Part shown: in pieces, positions 22,459-32,100 of the stretch | Numbering within the stretch: the stretch's first letter is position 1 | Layout: every line of letters starts with the position of its first letter | From: Chiloscyllium plagiosum | Taxonomy: Eukaryota | Direction: 5' to 3' | Assembly (NCBI RefSeq): GCF_004010195.1 | Contig: NC_057711.1 | Location: 74,049,511 to 74,093,096, forward strand | DNA length: 43,586 nucleotides | Position numbers and translations under genes: made by a program | Notes under the pieces: generated by a model | The model's input: only the letters and a program-made list of their open reading frames with translations | The model's database searches: none | Told to the model about the DNA's origin: nothing

Positions 22459-23697
22459 TCGAGGAGAAAGTGAGGACTGCAGATGCTGGAGATCAGAGCT
22501 GAAAATGTGTTGCTGGAAAAACGCATCAGGTCAGGCAGCATCCAAGGAGCAGGAGAATCGACATTTCTGGCATCAGCCCTTAGGAATGAGGAAAGTCCGG
22601 CCTATCACCCTCACCTTGACCTCCTTCCACCTATCGCATTATCGCATTTCCAACGCCCCTCCCCAAAGTCCCTCCTCCCTACCTTTTATCTTAGCCTGCT
22701 GGACTATGCCTGCCTCTTCGTAGGGTATGTGGAACAGTCCAACTTCTGCAGCTACAGTGGCACCACCCCCCACCTTTTCCTCCGCTACATCGATGACTGT
22801 ATCGGCACTGCCTCGTACTCCCACGAGGAGGTTGAACAGTTCATCCACTTTACCAACACCTTCCACTCCGACCTCAAGTTCACCTGGACCATCTCAGACT
22901 CCTCCCTTCCCTTCCCACACCTTTCNNNNNNNNNNNNNNNNNNNNNNNNNNNNNNNNNNNNNNNNNNNNNNNNNNNNNNNNNNNNNNNNNNNNNNNNNNN
23001 NNNNNNNNNNNNNNNNNNNNNNNNNNNNNNNNNNNNNNNNNNNNNNNNNNNNNNNNNNNNNNNNNNNNNNNNNNNNNNNNNNNNNNNNNNNNNNNNNNNN
23101 NNNNNNNNNNNNNNNNNNNNNNNNNNNNNNNNNNNNNNNNNNNNNNNNNNNNNNNNNNNNNNNNNNNNNNNNNNNNNNNNNNNNNNNNNNNNNNNNNNNN
23201 NNNNNNNNNNNNNNNNNNNNNNNNNNNNNNNNNNNNNNNNNNNNNNNNNNNNNNNNNNNNNNNNNNNNNNNNNNNNNNNNNNNNNNNNNNNNNNNNNNNN
23301 NNNNNNNNNNNNNNNNNNNNNNNNNNNNNNNNNNNNNNNNNNNNNNNNNNNNNNNNNNNNNNNNNNNNNNNNNNNNNNNNNNNNNNNNNNNNNNNNNNNN
23401 NNNNNNNNNNNNNNNNNNNNNNNNNNNNNNNNNNNNNNNNNNNNNNNNNNNNNNNNNNNAATATTCTTCCTGACCTCTCCGCCCCCACCCCACTCCCCCC
23501 TATCACCCTCACCCTGCCCTCCTTCCACCTATCGCATTTCCAATGCCCCTCCCCCAAGTCCCTCCTCCCTACCTTTATCTTAGCTTGCTGGACACACTTT
23601 CCTCATTCCTGAAGAAGGGCTTATGCCCGAAACATTGATTCTCCTGTTCCTTGGATGCTGCCTGACCTGCTGTGCTTTTCCAGCAACACATTTTCAG
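22459..23697 (+). mobile_element. Penelope-like element (family A): inverted pLTR, partial direct pLTR, truncated RT, gap, pLTR; inserted in a CR1 3' fragment
   Basis: YACLFVGYVEQ...FLRYIDDCIG...FTNTFHSDLKFTW (PLE RT). Terminal inverted repeats. Perfect 14-bp TSD caattacaacattt (22445-22458 / 23698-23711). N gap at 22926-23459. Confidence 0.92.
23603..23640 (+). ncRNA. Minimal hammerhead ribozyme motif, cleavage site decayed
   Basis: CTGAAGA-A-GGGC-TTAT-GCCC-GAAAC (23609-23633), followed by ATTG instead of GTCG (CpG decay). Confidence 0.6.
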
Positions 23698-23897
23698 CAA
23701 TTACAACATTTAAAAGGCACCTGGATAGGTACATGAATACGAAAGGCCTCGAGGGATATGGGACTAGATTAGATTAGGATATCTGGTTGGCATTTCCAGC
23801 AACACATTTTCAGCAATTACAACATTTAAAAGGTACATGAATACGAAAGGCCTCGAGGGATATGGGACTAGATTAGATTAGGATATCTGGTTGGCAT
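23678..23897. repeat. Local tandem duplication (116 bp + 104 bp)
   Basis: 23678-23793 is repeated at 23794-23897; the second copy lacks cacctggatagg. Confidence 0.9.
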
Positions 23898-24761
23898 AGA
23901 CAAATTGTTTGCATGTTGTATACCTGACTGTATATTCAAGGCTGGAGCAGCATCAGTGGGGCAACAGTATTGGCAGCACCGATTGGGAGTCCTGCCTGGA
24001 GTCAGGACTCTGTGTCAGCACGATGGTGGCAGCAATGGATTAAAATCGGAAGGGTTTTTCCTGACCATTTATGATGAATTCCAATTTCACTCTCAGCTGT
24101 GGCAGGTTTCAAACTTGGGATTCCAGACATTTCAAAGGTCTCTGGTTTCACAGTTTAGCATAATATCACTAGGCCATTGCCTCTCCAGTTCCTCTGACTG
24201 TATGGGACCTAAACTGTCATCTTTCATTCATTTTTTTTTATTTTCACATGACTACAGAAAATTTTACAAGCTGGGAACAAAAACAATGTAAAAGCTTAGA
24301 CAAGACTTGGGTTTCTTAATTTCAATATTTTATTTATGTATGCATGGGAGATGTTCATAGCCAAAAGTGGAATCTTTGACTGAACAATTTAAAAACCTTA
24401 TTTTAAACAGAGAAATAGAATATAAATTCCTTTTGTAACATTTTAATTGTTTTTTTCTTAAACAGTATCTCTGTCCAACCTTAGTACAGGAATAGTCTCC
24501 TCTGCACTAACCAGCATTCCTGGTTAGAACAAAATTTCACTAACTACTTTTATAAACACTTTCCACTGAAGATGCATTGATGTAGTACATTATCAAACCC
24601 ACAATCTCCCCTTCTTAGGTGAAGGGAGCAGGCAAACTCTAAATGCATTATTCCAGCCCACCCAACAAATGTGCAGTAAGTGTTAAATTGGCAATAAAAT
24701 ATTCAATCTGCATTTAATGAGAATAAAGCTGCACACTCAACCCAAAGAGGAAATTGTTAGA

Positions 24762-25868
24762 GCAAATTACTGCAGATGCTGGAATCTACTGAAAACAAAA
24801 TGCTAGGGATCACAGCAGGTCAGGCTGCATCTGTGGAGAGAAAGCAAGCTAACATTGAGTCTAGATGGCTCTTCAGAGCTGACATGGAGAGAGCTGCATT
24901 TATGCAAATAATGGGGTGGCACAACAGTGTGATCAGATACCCCTTGTCCTCACTTTTCATTCCATCAGCCTCTGCATTCAAAGGATCATCTCTGCCATTT
25001 CAAACAATGTCAGCAGAGCACCACCAACACCATGTCTTCGCCTCACTTTCCCCCGACTGCATTTCACAGAGATTATTCCCTCTGGGGCACCTTTAATCTA
25101 TTCTTTGACCACCAACACCACTCCCCATTCCCACAGTACCTTCCCACAGAAGGTGCAACTGCCACTTCATCACTGCACCTCTTTCTTCGCCGCATCCCCC
25201 CAACCATTCAAGGGTCAAAACTGTCTTTCTAGGTGAAGCAGTATTTCACCTGTACCGCCTCCAATCTTGCATATTGTTTGTTTGCTGCACCCAATGTGGC
25301 CTAGTCCACAGTAAAACAACCAAACACAGACTGGGTGACTGCTTTGCAGAACACCTCCGGTCCATGTGTAAGCATGACCCCAACCTTCCTGTAGCTGGTT
25401 ATTTGAAGTGTCCTGCTCACATGCCCACTTGTCTGACCTTGGTATGCTGCAGTGCTCCAGTGAGTGACAGTATAAACTGGAGAAAAAACATCTCCTCTTC
25501 AGACTATGCACTGTCTAACTTTCTGGATTTGAAGGTGTTGAACTCAATATTTTGAACCCATTCCCATTTCTTTCTTTTAGCGTTACTTGTTATATTCTCT
25601 GTTGTTATGTCCTCTTCCCCCACCCCAGTGGGACTGTCTGTTCCTTACAGTCTCACAGTAAGGCACACTATTGTTCTGTCATTCTCAGGTCAGATGAAGT
25701 GATCAGCATATATCTTCCAGCACTTCACCTTTCCCACCCCATTATAGCAGAAACGCTGCCCCCCCCGGACTTCACCTTAGTTCTGAAGAGTCAGACTCAA
25801 TGTTAGTTTCCTTTCTCTCCATGGATGCTGCCTGACCTGCTATAATCTCTTGCAATTTTTTTGTTTTC
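24762..25868 (+). mobile_element. Older Penelope-like element (family C) with GIY-YIG endonuclease relic and inverted pLTR ends
   Basis: IPLVLTFH, FTCTASNL and CTQCGLV..TKHRLGDCFAEHLRS fragments. Inverted termini; ctgaagagtc..gactc hammerhead remnant at 25783-25800. Decayed 16-bp TSD agaggaaattgttaga (24746-24761) / agaggaaatagtcaga (25869-25884). Confidence 0.85.
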
Positions 25869-28223
25869 AGAGGAAATAGTCAGACTGGATTATGAACTTC
25901 ATTTCTTTCTCCCCCTCTTCCTTTTCTATGCACCCTGCTTCCTCCAATCACTCCTGTTGTAATAACTTAAACCATTAGCCCAATTATAACACCACTCCAA
26001 ACTCCTCCAAGGAAGATTTGGTCCTGCCTCTGCATTCTGTATGCATATTAGAAAATATTAAAACATTCAATGAAATCAAAATTGCTCCTCCATTCAGTTG
26101 GTACAGGAAGTAGTTTGAACACAATGTGGACATTGGAGTACAAAACCCAGATTGAGACTCCAATGTTCTCAAGTTTCCTGCATTGTGACACTTACCTGCA
26201 AAAACAGTTTTTTTGGGGGGAGCAAGAATCTGTATGACAATGTGGTATGTTCATCTACCCCTTTAAGAGTTGCAGGTATATCGTAATGAATTTTTGCCTA
26301 TTGACAGAGGTGTCACAATAAAAACAGTTTTGCACTGATTTGCAATAAGAAAATAGTTGAATCAATCGTTTGGACTCCATTAGTCTTAATGTAGATTTTT
26401 CCCTCATGTCTAAGATATATTTTCTTCTCTGTCTATCATCTATCCTTTCAGGACTATTTAAAACTCCTTTTAATTGCACCAGCCACAGCCTGTTTTGGTT
26501 AAAGGAGTATTCGCTATGTCCATTAAAACAAGTTGTTGACCTTCGTTTTGGTGATTGTAATTTCAGCTCTGAACTCTGACAGATTTATGGATGACTCAGT
26601 TGTTTTACTGTTGTCACCTTTCAGTCTTTAGTATCTGTCTACTGTTTGTGCCTATTTGCTGCCACTTTGCCATCTGTGGGTTTTCGTATACAATATTTGT
26701 GTATTAGCCCATGTATTACATAGTGCAATCAGGTTTGTAAGATCTATCTTGGTTTATTTTTAACATTAACTACTTACAAGTTTGATATCAGAGTCTCATG
26801 GTATGGATTTTCTGCTTACCAATTTCTGGGACATGACACAATTGACTGACTCCATGACACAGCGACTGAAGGTCAGGTCACACATCATACATCATGACAT
26901 CAAGTAACAAGTACAAGCCTGTGATCTGGAATCTAAGCCATAAACTTAACAAACTTAGTTTGTTTGAGTCACGAAACAAAGCCAATCGTTGATTCTGTAG
27001 ATGTTTCCAGGCTGATTTGAGGGATGTTTCATGAGTCTGCAGTGAGACTATTTAAAATCTTGAACAAATAATTTCTGCCTTTTCCTCCAAAGCCAGCTGC
27101 CTGGTTTTGAACATCGGATACACTGCCTAAAACTTTTGGCCACAGTACAAGTAAATGAAGAATGGCGGTAGAAAGGGAGGGAACAAGAGACCTGGTCTTG
27201 CCGTTGCCCATTCGTGGTCTTTTTGATGCTTCGGAAAAACATTCCTTTTAAACAAAGGTTAGCATGCAATCATACAACCTCCACTTACAAACTTGCCAAT
27301 TAACAAAGTTTATGCTCTGAATCATTTAAAGTGATGAAGTTATATGACTGGTGTAGTCTCCTTCTCATGTGGAATCTGTTGCCTGAGATGATTGAGTATA
27401 ACGGCCTGATCTGTATCCATGTGAATAACGTGTCTGGATGTGCAGGTTACTTCCACATAACCTTATTCCTTTCCACTGGCTTTATAATTTGTAAAGATAT
27501 GCAAATCTTCAGCCACCTTAAGCACTGCTTTTTGTCATGCAACATTTTATTGGTATTTTCAACTTTGTGATTTCAGCCTACTCAATAGTTACTTTTGCTA
27601 TAACAATAAAACACATGCCGAGCAAATTCTGTAAACTTCAATACAACAAGGTCCTCCTGAGCGAGGCAGCCAAGAACCTGATGACCAATGTACTTGCTAC
27701 TAATGGAGGGGGTAGCCATTGATCAAATGTTTTGACATTCTTACAGCAGTCAACATCTGCTGCTCCCACTGCCCTGGCCTTCGGTCTTATTAGTTCCAAT
27801 GTTCTACATACGTGCAGAGTGATTTCTAAAAGATGAGTGATTCCTGAAAAGCTCCTTTTCACATGCTCTGCTAATCTATCCAAACCTTGTGTCCACTTCT
27901 CAACTTGCTTTTAAGACAAACCATCTAATTGAATAAAATATCCCAAGGTCTTTCACATGAGAATGATGAATACAATTTGCTGCCAAATTGTATAGCAGTA
28001 AGAATCAGGGTAGTCAACAGCTTAATCAAGAATGCAGCTTTTACAAAAGCAAACTAATGGGATAGATGCTGAGACATGAGGCAGAATTGCCAAAGCTTGG
28101 GGTGCTGAAGGTACAGCCATTGCAAGTGTAATGATGAAAACTTCTAAGGAAACTGATGACAATGTGAGTCAGAGCTTGGGGATAACACATGTGAACAGGG
28201 GCTTTAAAGTATTTAAAGGAAAG

Positions 28224-28705
28224 GGGCAGATGGAGTTTAATTTGGATAAGTGTGAAGTGTTGCATTTTGGTAAGCCAATAAGCTGGGGCTATTTTCCCTG
28301 AAGTGTCGGAGGCTGAGGGGTGATACTATAGAGGTTTATAAAATCATTAGGGGCATGGATAGGATATAAAGCTAAGATCTTTTTTTTTCTCAGGAGTTCA
28401 AAACTAAAGGGCATAGGTTTAAGGTGAGAGGGGAAAGGTTTAAAAGGGACCTATGGGGCAACTTTTTCACACACAGTGGGGTGTGTATGGAAGTGGTGGA
28501 GGCTAGTACAATTACAACATTTACAAGGCATTTGGGTGGGTACATGAATAGGAAGGGCATGGAGAGATACGGGTGAAATGCTGGCAAATGGGACTAGATT
28601 AGGTTAGGATATCTGGTAAGGGGAATGGATCTGGGTGGGTTACTCTTTGGAGGATCGGTATGGACGCTTTGGGCTGAAGGGCCTGTTTCTACACTGTGGG
28701 GATTT
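28224..28705 (+). mobile_element. Internally deleted CR1/HER1-like 3' fragment fused to a SINE-type tail
   Basis: cagatggagtttaatttggataagtgtgaagtgttgcattttgg (QMEFNxDKCEVLHFG) and RRLRGDxIEVYKI. From ~28621 the sequence matches HE1-like SINE 3' ends. Confidence 0.75.
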
Positions 28706-28832
28706 TGTTATTTGCATTATTGTAGATCACTAGATCTAATAAACACAACTCTTGTTCGAGTTAACGGGACATGTGCAAACCACCATCCTGTTTACAGGGG
28801 TGAAGCCACAGACTGGGAACATTTTGTGAACT

Positions 28833-29172
28833 GTTGGCGGCTCAGTGGTCAGCACTGCTGCCTCACAGTGTCAGGGACCTGGGTTCAATTTAACCTTTGC
28901 ACAACTGTCGGTGTGGAGTTTGGGCATTCTCCCTGTGGCTGCGCAGGTGAGGTGGATAGGCTGTGCTAAATTGCCTAAGGTTCAAGGATGTGCAGGCACA
29001 GACTGATACAGTACGGAGGAACCTGTGCTGACACTGTCCGGGAGCAGTCTGGTACAGTAGAGTAGGCCATGGGAGATACGGATGGTGGGGGTCTGGGTGG
29101 GATGCTCTTCCGAGGGTCGGTGTAGACCCGAGGGGCCGAATGGCCTGCTTCCACACTGGAGTGATTCTATGA
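28833..29172 (+). mobile_element. HE1-like tRNA-derived SINE containing an inverted satellite fragment
   Basis: ggcggctcagtggtcagcactgctgcctcacagtgtcagggacctgggttcaatt (A and B boxes) and a 3' end ..gattctatga. Interrupted at 28993-29062. Confidence 0.85.
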
Positions 29173-32100
29173 GAAGAAAACTGATAGTTAGGATTCATTG
29201 TGTTCACATCCTGCTATCCCGAACGAGCAGCGTCTAAACAGTGCAGAGTATTTTAGCAATTTTGTTATTGTACCAGCTGTGACCTCAAGGGGAGCTGGCA
29301 AACGGAAATACATTTAATTCAAAAAGCATTAGAAGGGCGGAAATTGAGGGTAGCATGATATGAGTGTGTCCAACAATCTGTTTCCATGTGGTAACTTGGT
29401 TCTGAAAATAGATGAACCCCCATCTTCGGGAGCGGATCCCCCTGGCAAGGCTCTCACTTCCCGGTTTGCAGATCGACGACGCCCTTTTCACGCTGACTCA
29501 GAGGCTGGTTGGTTTCTTCACGAACACGCGTTACTTCAGCTGCTGCTGGTGGACGATTGTGAGAGTGGGAGAGGCCAGCACCCGGAAAAAGTGAGCCCAG
29601 AGGTCTCCGCACTGTATCAGACTGTCCCCGGACACTGTTAGCACAGGGTCCTCTGTACTGAATCAGACTTTGCCCGGACAGTGTCAGCACAGGGTCCTCT
29701 ATACTGCATTCGTCTGTGCCTGGATAGTGTCAGCACAGAGTCCACAGTACTGTACCAGACAGCTCCCGGACAGTGTCAGCACAGACTCCTCTATACCGTA
29801 TCAGTCTAAGCCTGGACAGTGTCAGTACAGAGTCCTTTGTATTGTACCAGTCTGCTCCCGGACAGTGTCAGCACCAGGTCCTTTGTACTGTATCAGACTG
29901 TGCCCAGACAATGTCAGCATTGGATCCACTGTACTGTATCAGTCTGTGCCCGGACAGTGTCAGCACAGGGTCCTCTGTACTGTATCAGTCTGTGCGCAGA
30001 CATGGCACCACAGGGTCCTCTGTACTGTAACAGTCTGTGCCCAGACATGGCAGCACAGGGTCCTCTGTACTCTATCAGTCTGTCCCCATAAAGTGTCAGC
30101 ACAGGGTCCTCTGTACTGTATCAGACTGTGCCCGGACAGTGTCAGCACAGGGTCCTCTGTACCGTACCAGTCTGCGCCCGGACAGTGTCAGCACAAGGTC
30201 ATCTGTACTGTATCAGTGTGTGCCCGGACAGTGTCAGCACAGAGTCCTCTGTACTGTACCAGACTGCTCCCGGACAGTGTCAGCACATGGTCCTCTGTAC
30301 TGTATCAGTCTGTGCCTGGACTGTCTCAGTACAGGGTCCTCTGTACTGTATCAGTCTGTGCCTGGACAGTCTCAGTACAGGGTCCTCTGTACTGTATCAG
30401 ATTGTGTCTGGACAGTGTCAACACAGGGTCGTCTGTATTGTATAGGTCTGTGCCTGGACAGTGTCAACACAGGGTCCTCCGTACTGTATCAGGTTGCTCC
30501 CGGACACTGTCAACACAGGGTCCTCTGTGCTGTAACAGTCAGTGCCCAGACAGTGTCAACATAGGGTCCTCTGTACTGTATCAGTCTGTGCCTGGATTGT
30601 CTTAGTACAGAGTCCTCTGTACTGTATCAGACTGAGCCCGGACAGTTCAGCACAGGGTCGTCTGTACTGTGTCAGTCTGTGCCCGGACAGTGTCAGCACA
30701 GGGTCGTCTATACTGTATCAGACTGTGCCCGGACAGTGTCAGCACAGGGTCCTCTGTACTGTACCAGACAGCTCCCGGACAGTGTCAACACATGGTCCTC
30801 TGTACCGTATTAGTGTGTGCCCGGACAGTGTCAGCACAGAGTCCTCTGTACTGTATGTCTTTGCCCGGACAGTGTCAGCACAGAGTCGTTTGTACTGTAC
30901 CAGACTGCACCCGGACACTGTCAGCACCGGGTCCTCAGTACTGTATCAGTCTGTGCCTGGACAGTGTCAGCACAGAGTCCTCTGTACTGTATCAGCCTGT
31001 GCCTGGACAGTGACAGCACAGTGTCCTCTGTACAGTATCAGTCTGAGCCTGGACAGTGTCAGCACAGAGTCCTTTGTACTGTACCAGTCTGCTCCCGGAC
31101 AGTGTCAGCACATGGTCCTCTGTACTGTATCAGTCTGTGCCTGGACAGTGTCAGCACCAGGTCCTCTGTACTGTATCAGTCTGTGCCCGGACAGTGTCAG
31201 TACAGGGTCCTCTGTACTGTATCAGTCTGTGCCCAGACATGGCAGCACAGGATCCTCTGCACTGTATCAGTCTGTCCCCAGACAGTCAGCACAGGGTCCT
31301 CTGTACTGTATCAGTCTGTGTCCGGACAGTGTCAGCACAGGGTCCTCTGTACTGTATCAGTCTGTGCCCGGACAGTGTCAGCACAGGGTCCTCTGTCCTG
31401 TATCAGTCTGTGCCCGGACAGTGTCAGCACAGGGTCCTCTGTTCTGTATCAGTCTGTGCCCGGACATGGCAGCACAGGGTCCTCTGTACTGTATCAGTCT
31501 GCTCCCGGACAGTGTCTGCACCGGGTCCTCTGTACTGTACCAGACAGCTCCCGGACAGTGTCAACACATGGTCCTCTGTACTGTATTAGTGTGTGCCCGG
31601 ACAGTGTCAGCACAGAGTCCTCTGTACTGTATATCTTTGCCCGGACAGTGTCAGCACAGAGTCCTTTGTACTGTACCAGACTGCACCCGGACATGGCAGC
31701 ACAGGATCCTCTGCACTGTATCAGTCTGTCCCCAGACAGTCAGCACAGGGTCCTCTGTACTGTATCAGTCTGTGCCCGGACAGTGTCAGCACAGGGTCTT
31801 CTGTACTGTATCAGTCTGTGCCCGGACATGGCAGCACAGGGTCCTCTGTACTGTATCAGTCTGCTCCCGGACAGTGTCTGCACCGGGTCCTCTGTACTGT
31901 ATCAGACTGCTTCCGGACAGTGTCAGCACAGAGTCCTCTGTACTGTATCAGACTGCTCCCGGACACTGTCAACACAGGGTCCTCTGTACTGTATCAGTCT
32001 GTGTCCGGATACTGTCAACACAGGTTCCTCTGTACTGTATCAGTCTGTGCCTGGACAGTGTCAGAACAGAGTCTTCTGTACTGTATCAGACTGCTCCCGG

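Noticed and set aside
22483..23583. Long ORFs spanning 22926-23459 (and likewise 41292-41961)
   Set aside because: Their length is an artefact of N runs; only the short PLE RT/endonuclease fragments are real.
26831..26902. Overlapping AGGTCA half-sites and three catgaca repeats
   Set aside because: Short motifs expected by chance; no conservation data.
27029..27269. Two overlapping short minus-strand ORFs
   Set aside because: No recognisable motif or convincing splice signals.
28851..28880. Resemblance of the SINE head (actgctgcctcacagtgtcaggga) to the satellite (actgctcccggacagtgtcagcac)
   Set aside because: Too short and gapped to support a SINE origin of the satellite.
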